Assembly: GCA_963822585.1 (NCBI GenBank)
Contig: CAWGIE010000016.1
Location: forward strand, 1 to 64,000
Reading direction: 5' to 3'
From: an uncultured bacterium
GTDB taxonomy: Bacteria; Auribacterota; Erginobacteria; Erginobacterales; Erginobacteraceae
DNA: 64,000 bases
Of this stretch, positions 24,159-33,416 are shown one piece after another. How positions within the stretch are numbered: position 1 is the first letter of the stretch; the number at the start of each line of letters is the position of its first letter. The translations under genes and the position numbers were made by a program. The notes beneath the pieces are model-generated. The model was given only the letters and a program-made list of their open reading frames with translations, was not told the origin of the DNA and did no database searches.

Positions 24159-24989
24159 CTTCGCCCACTCTGCCGATCAGCCCTCAAGGGCGGTACCTCT
24201 GCGCGACGATCCGCCTCGCCGCGGCCATCTGCAGCGTCGAGCGTTTGTGGCGGGCCGGTTGCAAACGCCCGGTACGCGAAACTTGGCGGCGGCAGCGCGC
24301 CATAGATCACCCCCGGTGGCGGCCACGCGCCGTACGGCGAGTGCGCTCTGACGGGCGCCACTGACCGCGGTTTGCCGGCCCAGATCGCCAGGACACTCGC
24401 CCGATAGGCAGCGCCCAGCTCCGGAGTGTGCGAATGATAGGCGGCAACGGCGGCCGGCCAGCTTCCGGCCTCGTCGTAGAGTTCGGCGCAGAAAGCCTGC
24501 CCCGTAGCTCACATTTACCACCGGATCGAACGCCTGGTCGAGGCTGGCGAAAGCCGCCGGGTGGTACATCAGATTGACCTGCACGCAGCCGACATCGATC
24601 GAGCGCACGCCGCGCTTCTGGAGCGCCCGGACCGCAGCCACCGCGGCTTGCTTGGTGGCGAAGAAAGCGCCGATTCCTTCGGCATTGATGGCGTAAGGCC
24701 AGGGATGCGCCACTCCGGCGTGGTCTGCCCGTCCTGTTTCCACCCGCCCGATCGCGGAAAGGAGACCGGAAGGAAGCTGCAGCCGATGCTCGGCGGCAGC
24801 GATCGCCTCGTCGCAAGCAGTGGCCGCCGAGCCAGCCGGCGCAGAGCCTGGAAAACATATGCCGGCAAGCCAGAAACCGCTTGCGGCGAGGACTGTGCCG
24901 AGCACGCGGTGTCCGCGCCGATGCTTGTTCGGCGGCGCGGGCTTAAGCGGCCTGCGGCAAAGCATCTGGGCGCTGCGCGGCAATGGCAT
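24137..24989 (-). CDS. Lytic transglycosylase (SLT domain); frameshift near 24485
   Basis: LLSAIGRVETGR, WPYAINAEG, SIDVGCVQVNLMYHP, AFDPVVNVSYGA, then AVAAYHS in the shifted frame; start uncertain. Confidence 0.82.
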
Positions 24990-25001
24990 GCAAGCGGGCG
25001 C

Positions 25002-26957
25002 CTAGACCGCAAACGCAGCTGGCGGTTCGAGCGCAGCAATGGGCGCGGCCGCGGCCTGGGGTGATCCGGCAGCGCCTTCCGCGCCGGCCAGAAACCCCTC
25101 GAAAACCATCAGCAGCCACAGCACGGCGCTGTGATCGTAGGTGCCAGCGTCATGCTGGTCCAGCAGCCGCGCCAGGGCAGCCGGCTGAAACAGCCGCGAA
25201 TCCAGCATGACGTCCCCGAGCAGCCGGTCGCGGACGATCGCGGATTTGCGGCGGAACTCGGCGGCCAGCGAGTGCGCGAACCCTTGCTTGCAGCGGTACA
25301 GGATCTCGCGCGGAAGATGCGGCTCCATGACCCGCTTCAGCAGGTATTTGCCTTCCCGCCCATGCAGCTTGAGCGATGCCGGAAGGCTGAGGCCCCATTC
25401 CACGAACTCGTGGTCGAGCAGGGGCGAGCGGACTTCGAGCCCGTTTGCCATGCTGGTCCGATCCACCTTGGTCAGGATGTCGCCGACCAGGTAGGTGTGC
25501 ACATCGACGTACTGCGCCTGGGTCAACGCCTCGTCCGACTCCGCCGCCGCCATCAGTTGGCCGATGCGGGCGGACGGATCATAGCCCGCGAGGCCAGCCG
25601 TCAGCTCTCGCGTGAACAGGCTTCGGCGCTGGTCGTCGCGGGTCTTCGTGAGCATACGGAAGTAGCCGAGCGTGCTCTCGAGGCTGATCTCGGTCAGCGT
25701 GTGCTTGGCACGCAGCCAGCGCGGCGCCCGGTCCAGCTTGGGATACGCGCGGGCCAGCTCGCCGACGACGCGCCGGCGGATCGGGGCGGGCACGAAGCGG
25801 CGGATTGCCTCGGTCAGAACGTGCCAGCGATAGCGGCGGTAGCCGCCCAGCACCTCGTCCCCGCCGTCGCCGGAAAGCGCGACCGTGACATGCCGGCGGG
25901 TGAGCGCACAGACCGTGTGGGTGGGAACCGCGGAGGAGTCGCCGAACGGCTCGCCGAAGATGCGCGCCTGGTCGCGGGCGGCCTCGATATAGTCGGCCGC
26001 GGAAGCGTCCCAGCGGTGGCGGGTGGCATAGCGGCGGGCGACCTGCTCGGCATAGGGGCGCTCGTCTTCGGCGCCGCCGAAGCCGATGGTGAACGTCGCC
26101 AGCGGCAGGTCCCGTAATCCCGCGGCCACCGCGACCACGGAACTGGAGTCGATGCCGCCGGAGAGAAAGGCTCCAAGAGGCACGTCGGCAATGAGCCGGG
26201 CCGCAACATTGCTGCGGAGGCGGTCGAGCAGGATCGGGGCCGCCTCGGCTTCGGTTGTACTCCTTCGGGAGGACCGCAACGTCCAGTAGCGTCGCGGGTT
26301 CCACCCGGCGGCGCTGCCGCGGCGCACCAAAAGGTAATGCGCCGCCGGCAGCTTATGGATATCGCCGTAGATGGTGCGCGGATCGGGAATGTAGCCATAG
26401 GTGAAAAAATCCTCGACCGAAACCGGATCGATCCGGCGGCTCAGGTCGGGTATCTCGGTGAACGCGCCAAGCTCCGAGGCAAAGAACAGGTCCCCGGCCG
26501 GGCTCAGCGCGTAATAGAGCGGCTTCTTGCCCAGGCGATCCCGGGCGAGAAAAAGCGTTTGCCGGTTGCGGTCCCATAACGCAAAGGCAAACATGCCGGA
26601 CAGGTTTTGCAGGCAATCCGGCCCCCAGCTCTCCCATCCATGAATGATCGCCTCCGTGTCGGAGCGGCTGCGAAACACGTGACCTTGTTGCTGAAGTCTG
26701 CCCCGCAATGCCGCGTGGTTGTAGATTTCACCGTTGAATACAATGGCAACCGACGAGTCCTCGTTGAACATCGGCTGGTGGCCGCCGTCTAGATCGATGA
26801 TTGCCAACCGGCGATGGCCGAAGCCGAGGCCCGGCTCGAGATGGAAACCCTCGCCATCCGGACCCCGATGCCGCAAGGCGCCGGTCATCGAACGCATTAG
26901 TTGATGGTTGACTTCCATCGTACCCTGTTGGTAGAAAATGCCGGCAAACCCGCACAT
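25002..26957 (-). CDS. asnB: Asparagine synthase (glutamine-hydrolysing)-like amidotransferase, EPS-associated
   Basis: N-terminal MCG, HRGPDG, GHRRLAIID, FNGEIYN, FLSGGIDSS, LSGDGGDE, KVDRTSMANGLEVRSP. Confidence 0.93.
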   Translation of the reverse strand: MCGFAGIFYQQGTMEVNHQLMRSMTGALRHRGPDGEGFHLEPGLGFGHRRLAIIDLDGGHQPMFNEDSSVAIVFNGEIYNHAALRGRLQQQGHVFRSRSDTEAIIHGWESWGPDCLQNLSGMFAFALWDRNRQTLFLARDRLGKKPLYYALSPAGDLFFASELGAFTEIPDLSRRIDPVSVEDFFTYGYIPDPRTIYGDIHKLPAAHYLLVRRGSAAGWNPRRYWTLRSSRRSTTEAEAAPILLDRLRSNVAARLIADVPLGAFLSGGIDSSSVVAVAAGLRDLPLATFTIGFGGAEDERPYAEQVARRYATRHRWDASAADYIEAARDQARIFGEPFGDSSAVPTHTVCALTRRHVTVALSGDGGDEVLGGYRRYRWHVLTEAIRRFVPAPIRRRVVGELARAYPKLDRAPRWLRAKHTLTEISLESTLGYFRMLTKTRDDQRRSLFTRELTAGLAGYDPSARIGQLMAAAESDEALTQAQYVDVHTYLVGDILTKVDRTSMANGLEVRSPLLDHEFVEWGLSLPASLKLHGREGKYLLKRVMEPHLPREILYRCKQGFAHSLAAEFRRKSAIVRDRLLGDVMLDSRLFQPAALARLLDQHDAGTYDHSAVLWLLMVFEGFLAGAEGAAGSPQAAAAPIAALEPPAAFAV

Positions 26958-27170
26958 CGCGGCAACCCTCCCGCTGCTATCCGCCGGCGTGTTGTTCGGG
27001 CGGCCGGCGAGGTTTTAACACGTTTTGCGAATAACGCGCGTCGATGCCGAACGGTGGTGGTCGATGTGTCTGTGAAAAATTTCCGCAAGCTGCGAGCGAA
27101 CGGGGGGCAGGGATGGATCTGGCCAGCGATCGTTGGCTTAAATCTGTGGAGCAAATTGCGAAGGTGAGCT

Positions 27171-27344
27171 ATGGACCCGGATATAGCGGCTTTGCCAAAA
27201 ATCCTGCAATACTACACTGACCGCGTTGGAGATCACAACCATGCAGATATGAAGCTGCCGGTTGCCATTGCTCTTCCGGCGGTCGCCATCATATCTGGCG
27301 TACTCTGGGTTGTGATTTGGAAGTTGCTTACGATCGTTCTCTAG
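27171..27344 (+). CDS. 57-aa small membrane protein, not in the ORF track
   Basis: MDPDIAALPKILQYYTDRVGDHNHADMKLPVAIALPAVAIISGVLWVVIWKLLTIVL; AAGGTGAG just upstream; C-terminal hydrophobic helix. Confidence 0.6.
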   Translation: MDPDIAALPKILQYYTDRVGDHNHADMKLPVAIALPAVAIISGVLWVVIWKLLTIVL

Positions 27345-27350
27345 GTTCGT

Positions 27351-28559
27351 TCATCCCCAGGTGGTCCCGGGTCCGTGAAGGACGCCGTGCCAGGCCTTGA
27401 TCATATCGCGCTGATCATAATCGCGGGCGACCTTGGCCCGGTTCGCCTCCCCGAGACGCCGGCGCAGCGCGGGGTCGGCAATCAGCCGCGCCAGGACTGC
27501 CGCAAACGCCGCGTCGTCGCAGGGCACAACGAACGGGTGGTTCGCGGCATCGAGCATCAAGCGGACGTCGCCGACATCGGTGGCGGCGATCGGCAGCCCC
27601 GCCGCCATCGCCTCAAGCACGGAAAACGGCATTTGCTCGGTATCCGATGTCAGCGCGCACACGTCGAACGCGCGATATAAGTTCCTTGGGTTCTCCACTT
27701 GTCCGACGAATTGCACCAGGCCGTGCAAGCCGAGCTTTTCAGCCAGCGCACGCAAGCTGGGGCCCTCCGCGCCATCGCCGACAATGACCAGGCGTGCCGG
27801 ATGATCGCGCACGACGGTGCTGAACGCGTTCAGCAACCGCGCAAGGTTCTTCTCGGCGCGCAGCGCGGCGACGGTTCCGACCACCGGAACTGTGCCCGGA
27901 AGCGGCGCAGGTGGGGTCTCGCGCGGGAGTGGCAAGAGATCGATGCCGTTCGGAATATACCGCAATCGCCGCGGGTCGAGCCGCCAGACCTCGGTCGCTG
28001 TCCGCCATAAGGTCCGCGACGGCAGGACGACCGTGCTCCGCCGCAGGAATATCCGCCGTGCCCAAATGCGCCGGGGCAATTGGGTGATGCATTCCTCGGG
28101 ACCGAAGCCGTCTTCCACATGGACGTGCTTCACCAGGGGCGGAGTATTGGCGATCGCCCACTCGAGGGAGCCCCAGTTGCTGGTGAGCAGGACATCCGGC
28201 TGCAACTCCTGGAGCAAGCGGCGGAAGCGCCGCACGTTGCCAATAGTTTGGCCTTTCCGAATTTCGGGCTCAGGAAAACTGACATCGAGGTGGTCGGGCA
28301 ATCTGGCGCGGCAGGCCATGTTGCCGTCCATGCTGATGATCGCATGCCGGTAGAGCGAGCCGAAAGCGCCGGCCAGCGTGGCGAAGCGAACCTGCCCGCC
28401 CCCCAGCGCGAAGGTGGGAAAGACGCTGACGATAAGCTTGCGGGGTTCGGGATCGGCCGGCACTGATCCAGGGCCGTTTCCCCTAACCTCTCGAACAGCA
28501 GCGATTGGGGCGATTGCGGGTGCAAGCCTCACAACAGACAGGGTCCGTCTCCGAACCAT
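27351..28559 (-). CDS. Glycosyltransferase family 4
   Basis: FPTFALGGGQVR, YIPNGID, GTVAALRAEKN, SDTEQMPFSVLEAMAAGLP; start uncertain. Confidence 0.88.
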   Translation of the reverse strand: MVRRRTLSVVRLAPAIAPIAAVREVRGNGPGSVPADPEPRKLIVSVFPTFALGGGQVRFATLAGAFGSLYRHAIISMDGNMACRARLPDHLDVSFPEPEIRKGQTIGNVRRFRRLLQELQPDVLLTSNWGSLEWAIANTPPLVKHVHVEDGFGPEECITQLPRRIWARRIFLRRSTVVLPSRTLWRTATEVWRLDPRRLRYIPNGIDLLPLPRETPPAPLPGTVPVVGTVAALRAEKNLARLLNAFSTVVRDHPARLVIVGDGAEGPSLRALAEKLGLHGLVQFVGQVENPRNLYRAFDVCALTSDTEQMPFSVLEAMAAGLPIAATDVGDVRLMLDAANHPFVVPCDDAAFAAVLARLIADPALRRRLGEANRAKVARDYDQRDMIKAWHGVLHGPGTTWG

Positions 28560-28710
28560 CACAAATGCCCATTCTAGGGCGGGACAGCGAGCCGAGTCCA
28601 TCAGGCGCCGGAGAACTCGCCGGCGCACCGACGCAGATAAGCCGCTCTTGACGTGCCTAGCGGCAAGTCGTTGGTGATCGCACGGTTGGTTCTCGCCTGG
28701 CGGATCTTCG

Positions 28711-29916
28711 ATGCGAATCTTTTTTGTTTGCCGGCGGGTTCCGTTCCCTCCCGACCGCGGCGATAGAATCGCCACCTACCATCAAATCCGCCACCTCGCG
28801 CAGCGGCACGAGGTCCACGTGTTCAGCCTGGCTGACAGCCGCGAAGATATGGCTAGCGCGACAAGATTGCGGGACTGTACCGCGGGCGTGACAGCAGTTT
28901 CGCTCTCGCCGCTGCGCGGCGCGCTGCGTGCCCTGCGAGCCGTGCTTGGCGCTGGGCCGTTATCCGCGGCAATGCTGCGCGAAACCGAGTTGTGTCGGTT
29001 GATCCGCCGGCGTTTCTCCGAGCTTCGGCCGGATCTGATCATGGTCTACGGGTCGAACATGGCACAGTATGCCGAGTCGCTCTTGGATGTGCGGCGCATC
29101 ATGCAGTTCGCCGATCTCAACTCGCGCAAATGGCGTGACTATGCTGCTCGTTCGGCGCTGCCGATGCGCTTGATATATGCTCTGGAGGCACGGCGGCTGC
29201 TGGATTACGAGCGCCATGTCGCGCTGACGTTCTCGCATGCGGTGGTTTGCACTCCGGAGGAGGCCGACGATTTTGCCGCATTGATTCCCGGCACGCCGGT
29301 CAGTGTCGTGCCGAATGGCGTCGACCTGGCCTATTTCGCTCCCGGCGGCGTGGCGAAGGATCCGTGCTCGCTGGTCTTCACCGGGGTAATGGAATACCGG
29401 CCCAACGTCGACGCGGTCAGCTGGTTTTGCGCCGATATCCTGCCACTGGTCAGGCAGCAGGTACCGAATGCCACGTTGACGATCTGCGGCAACCGGCCGG
29501 CAACAGCGGTGCAGCGCCTGGCCGGGATCGCCGGAGTGACGGTGACCGGCCGGGTGCCTGACGTGCGTCCCTATTTGCACCGCGCCGAGGTGTTCGTGGC
29601 TCCGCTGCGGCTGGCCCGCGGCATCCAGAACAAGGTCCTGGAAGCGATGGCCATGGGACTGCCGGTCGTGTCGTCGCGGATCGCCTGGCGACCCACCGCG
29701 CTCCAGGAGGGGGACGGGATTGTGGCCGCGGATCGCGCGGATGATTTTGCCGCGCATATTGTTCGCCTGCTACAGGATCCGCGGTACCGCGAGGCAATGG
29801 GGAGGCGTGCACGTGCGGCCATGGAGCGAAACTACGCCTGGGCAGAGCGGCTTGCAGCATTGGACCGCGTCATCGAGGGCGAGCAGCCCCGGATGGCAAT
29901 CCCCCGGCGCTCTTGA
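28711..29916 (+). CDS. GT4 sugar transferase, PEP-CTERM/XrtA-associated type
   Basis: RVPFPPDRGDRI, VPNGVD, FTGVMEYRPNVDA, RLARGIQNKVLEAMAMG. Confidence 0.92.
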   Translation: MRIFFVCRRVPFPPDRGDRIATYHQIRHLAQRHEVHVFSLADSREDMASATRLRDCTAGVTAVSLSPLRGALRALRAVLGAGPLSAAMLRETELCRLIRRRFSELRPDLIMVYGSNMAQYAESLLDVRRIMQFADLNSRKWRDYAARSALPMRLIYALEARRLLDYERHVALTFSHAVVCTPEEADDFAALIPGTPVSVVPNGVDLAYFAPGGVAKDPCSLVFTGVMEYRPNVDAVSWFCADILPLVRQQVPNATLTICGNRPATAVQRLAGIAGVTVTGRVPDVRPYLHRAEVFVAPLRLARGIQNKVLEAMAMGLPVVSSRIAWRPTALQEGDGIVAADRADDFAAHIVRLLQDPRYREAMGRRARAAMERNYAWAERLAALDRVIEGEQPRMAIPRRS

Positions 29917-30011
29917 TCGGTTTCTGATCGGCGGCGATAAAATGATGGTCGTTTCGGTGGATGCGCCGTAGATAGCCAGGGCTGGCCTGCTCCGGGGGCT
30001 GCGCAATCACC

Positions 30012-30755
30012 GTGTCGCTCGGCGCCTTCCCTGCCTTTCTCGTGATCCCTCCGCTCAACCTCCTGCCGCTCTCGCTCGCCGGTCTCGTCGTGTCGCGGAA
30101 ATGGCCGCGGGCGGGCCGGCTAATGACGGCAGCGGGGCTGGCGGGGCTGTGTCTTCTGGCTCTGCCGGTGGTGGGCCGAGGCCTGCTCACCGGCCTCGAG
30201 CGCGGGATTCCCGCGGCCCCGGCCCACGCCGACCCGCCACAAGCCATCGTGATTCTCAGCGCGGAATTGGCGCGTGGAAGGGCCGGCAACTCTGATCTGG
30301 AACCCGGGCCGCTGACACTTGAACGCGAGCGCGCCGGTGCCGCGCTATATCGCCGGGTAGGCCTGCCGATCCTGGTGAGCGGCGGGTCGCTTAAACCCCG
30401 CGAGCGGCCGGTCGCGCAGGTAATGGCGGGCAGCCTTGCCGAGGATTTCCGGGTTCCCGTGCGCTGGGTCGAGGCGGCGTCAAGGAACACCTGGGAAAAC
30501 GCCCACGACAGCGCCGCCATGCTTAAGCTCAATGATATTCGCTCTATCTACCTGGTAACCCACGCCTGGCATATGCGCCGAGCGATGATGGCCTTCCGGC
30601 ATTTCGGCATCATGGTCTCGGCAGCGCCGGTGCGGATCGACCGGCCCTCGATGCTGCGGCTGTCCGAATTCGTTCCAAGCGCGAGCGGCTGGATGATGAG
30701 CTACTACGCTTTGCACGAGTGGATCGGCTGTGCGTATTACGCGCTGCATCGTTGA
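30012..30755 (+). CDS. YdcF/DUF218 (ElyC/SanA-like) membrane protein
   Basis: Two N-terminal TM segments, ILVSGG, SRNTWENA, LVTHAWHMRRA, ALHEWIG. Confidence 0.9.
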   Translation: MSLGAFPAFLVIPPLNLLPLSLAGLVVSRKWPRAGRLMTAAGLAGLCLLALPVVGRGLLTGLERGIPAAPAHADPPQAIVILSAELARGRAGNSDLEPGPLTLERERAGAALYRRVGLPILVSGGSLKPRERPVAQVMAGSLAEDFRVPVRWVEAASRNTWENAHDSAAMLKLNDIRSIYLVTHAWHMRRAMMAFRHFGIMVSAAPVRIDRPSMLRLSEFVPSASGWMMSYYALHEWIGCAYYALHR

Positions 30756-30807
30756 ACAGCCACTTCACGCCGCGCTAATCCAGTGTCGCGGTCAGGAAGT
30801 TCGTCGG

Positions 30808-32136
30808 TCAAGAATGGCGTTGCTGGCAAGTGTGCGCCCTCTCCATGGGATTGGTGACGCCGGATCTCGCCCTGCCATGGCGGTCCACGGCCTTGATGGC
30901 TCTTGCGGAACCTTCCGGAATCCTACACGCGCGGAGAAAGTCGCCGGCTTTCGTTCGCCAATCTGCCGCTGCCGAAAGCTGAAGGCCCTGTTTCGCCAGC
31001 CGGGCGCGCAACTCCGGATCCGCAATAAGGCGAGCTATCGCCGCAGCAATGTCATCGACCGAGTGTCCGTCAACCACCAATCCATTCTCTCCATCCCTTA
31101 CTGCGGCCGTACTGCCGCCATCTCGCCCGGCTATCACTGGTAAGCCGCAAGCATTCGCCTCGAGAAACACCAGGCCAAATCCCTCCGTGTCGCCGTCCGG
31201 AAGCCTTCGATTTGGCATCACGAATATGTCCCCGAGGCGGTAGAAATCCGCCAGGTCATCGGCCGCAACCGCGCCCGTGAAAATGACGCTATCCGCGACG
31301 CCGCTCGCGAAAGCCAGCTCTTTCAGAGTGGCGGCATATGGGCCATCACCCACCACGATGTAGCGACAATCCGACAGCCGTTCGCAGATTCTGGCAAAGG
31401 CGCGAATTGCTTGATCGACCCCCTTTTTCTCCACCAGACGGCACACCGTGACAAGCACTAGGCAGTCGCGCAAACCATGGCGCGCCACGAGGTCTGCCCG
31501 CCTCGGTGCCGGTCCAAATCGCGTGGTATCCACGCCATTCGCAATGAGGGTTATCGGCTTCGAGCTCCCCGATCCGATAAATTTTCGCAGCATCGTTTCG
31601 GTAAACGGGCTCACCGCTATAATTTCGTCCGCGCACCCGAGCGCGCGTCGCCGCCGCCTTCCTGAGCGGTCGTAGTCTGCCTCAGTCGTGATTTCCTCGC
31701 CATGCACGTAGACTACCAGCCGAACCCAAGGCTGCAGCTTGATCACCCGCGCTATCCAAGCGCTGGCCAACAGCTCGCCGAGGCAAATCGTTCGGACCCC
31801 CTTGCATGCGACGAGGTATAGCAGAACCGCAGACAGGCGGACTCGTATCGCCAACTCGGAGACGGCAAGGCGAAGCCGCTCGACAAAATTCGGCGTGGCC
31901 CTGGTGAGCCGAGAGCGAAGTAGCGGAACGCGTACGACCTGGTACGGTGCGGACCGGTCGTGGATCTCGCATCCTGTGATAGGTCGCAAGGTCACGTAGT
32001 CGACCCGGGGCGCCACCACTACGACCCGCTCTCCAGCATGCCATGCCAGATTCCTGTAAACTTCGGCCGATCCGCCGTGGCCAGGTGGGAAATTGCTGGT
32101 GACCAAAGCAACTCGCCGGTTCTGTATTGGCATCAT
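30808..32136 (-). CDS. Glycosyltransferase family 4 (PimB-like)
   Basis: NFPPGHGG, VHGEE, ANGVD, RLVEKKGVD, EGFGLVFLEANACGLPVI. Confidence 0.92.
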   Translation of the reverse strand: MMPIQNRRVALVTSNFPPGHGGSAEVYRNLAWHAGERVVVVAPRVDYVTLRPITGCEIHDRSAPYQVVRVPLLRSRLTRATPNFVERLRLAVSELAIRVRLSAVLLYLVACKGVRTICLGELLASAWIARVIKLQPWVRLVVYVHGEEITTEADYDRSGRRRRRALGCADEIIAVSPFTETMLRKFIGSGSSKPITLIANGVDTTRFGPAPRRADLVARHGLRDCLVLVTVCRLVEKKGVDQAIRAFARICERLSDCRYIVVGDGPYAATLKELAFASGVADSVIFTGAVAADDLADFYRLGDIFVMPNRRLPDGDTEGFGLVFLEANACGLPVIAGRDGGSTAAVRDGENGLVVDGHSVDDIAAAIARLIADPELRARLAKQGLQLSAAADWRTKAGDFLRACRIPEGSARAIKAVDRHGRARSGVTNPMERAHTCQQRHS

Positions 32137-32156
32137 TGGTCCACCGCGCAATCCGG

Positions 32157-33143
32157 TCAGGCAAGATGTTGCGGCTGATCGCCCATCAGGTCGAACTCAG
32201 CCGGGCGGGCTGCAAGCCACGCGCGGCGAGTGCAATCGATCAGCTCCAGCAACCCCGCTCGGAGGGTAGTGGGTTCCGGCATGCCAATCGCTTTGCGTGC
32301 CGCCGCTGCCGAACCCACGGAATGACGGATTTCGCCTCTTCGCGGCGGCGCCATTTTGATGTCGGCCCGCACACCTGTCAGTTCGGCGATAAGATCAACC
32401 AGTTCTCGGATCGACACCGACCGCTCCGAGCAGATGTTCAGCACCGAAGCACTGCCGTGCTCGCTTTCCATTGCGCGCAGCAGCGCGGAAACAACATCGG
32501 TCACGAAAACAAAATCCCGGGTCTGCTGCCCGTCGCCGAATATCGTCACGGGCTGGCCACTCAGCAGCCGATCGACGAATATTGAAATGACCCCGGAATA
32601 AGGGGAACGCGGGTCCTGCCGGGGACCATATACGTTGAAGAATCGCAGCCCGGTCGTGGGTATGCCATGCACCCTGGTTGCAACGAATGCGTGCAGCTCG
32701 CTTCCGAGCTTATCTGCACCGTATGCCGATACCGGACGTTTCTCCGCCGTCTCGGAAATCGGCAGGGCCCGGCTCTCCCCGTAAACCGCCGCCGAAGAGG
32801 CATAGACGACCTTCATGGGGACGGGCAGTCGGCGAATTCCGTCGAAAACGGCGATCGTGCCGCCGAGATTCACGCGATGGGTTTCTCGCCACTCATGCAG
32901 GCCGCGATCTACCGACGCGACAGCGGCCAGATGAAACACGCCATCCGCGCCATCGAGTCCATGCGCCATGGCTGCCGGATCGCAAATGTCCGCTTGCACG
33001 AGCTCTGCCCCGGGGGCCAAGTTTCCCAGCGAGCCTGTAGAGAGATCGTCCAGCACTCGAACACGGTGTCCTCGGGCCAGCAGGGTATCGCACAGGTGCG
33101 AGCCGATGAAACCGCATCCGCCGGTGACAAGAAAGCGACCCAT
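32157..33143 (-). CDS. NAD-dependent epimerase/dehydratase
   Basis: GGCGFIG, ASSAAVYG, YGADK, RFFNVYGPRQ. Confidence 0.93.
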   Translation of the reverse strand: MGRFLVTGGCGFIGSHLCDTLLARGHRVRVLDDLSTGSLGNLAPGAELVQADICDPAAMAHGLDGADGVFHLAAVASVDRGLHEWRETHRVNLGGTIAVFDGIRRLPVPMKVVYASSAAVYGESRALPISETAEKRPVSAYGADKLGSELHAFVATRVHGIPTTGLRFFNVYGPRQDPRSPYSGVISIFVDRLLSGQPVTIFGDGQQTRDFVFVTDVVSALLRAMESEHGSASVLNICSERSVSIRELVDLIAELTGVRADIKMAPPRRGEIRHSVGSAAAARKAIGMPEPTTLRAGLLELIDCTRRAWLAARPAEFDLMGDQPQHLA

Positions 33144-33170
33144 TCCTGAGCTTATCCTATATTGGCGACT

Positions 33171-33410
33171 TCATCCTTGCTCCGACCCGCGCCGTCTGCC
33201 CGAGATCCTGGCGGCTCGCGAGAGCTTATCTCGCCTGGCCTGCCGAGGCCAACGCGGGTGCTGCGTCGTTCGGTGTTCGGCTTCAGGAATCGCATCGGCG
33301 CGCATATCAAAGGGAAACCAGAGCTTCGTGGGCTTGCTCGGGTCGATGATGGACCATGCGGCAAGCCAAACCACCAGGAAAACCGCCGCGAGGAGAAACA
33401 GGCCTGCCAC
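33171..33410 (-). CDS. Possible small membrane protein (79 aa)
   Basis: Fills the gap between the ligase and epimerase genes on the same strand; N-terminal TM segment GLFLLAAVFLVVWLAAWSII. Confidence 0.45.
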   Translation of the reverse strand: MAGLFLLAAVFLVVWLAAWSIIDPSKPTKLWFPFDMRADAIPEAEHRTTQHPRWPRQARRDKLSRAARISGRRRGSEQG

Positions 33411-33416
33411 GGCGCC

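Noticed and set aside
25002..26957. AsnB homologue as a lasso-peptide cyclase for the RRE/kinase module
   Set aside because: It has an intact N-terminal Cys glutaminase domain, lies 25 kb away among EPS genes, and no lasso B2 peptidase is visible
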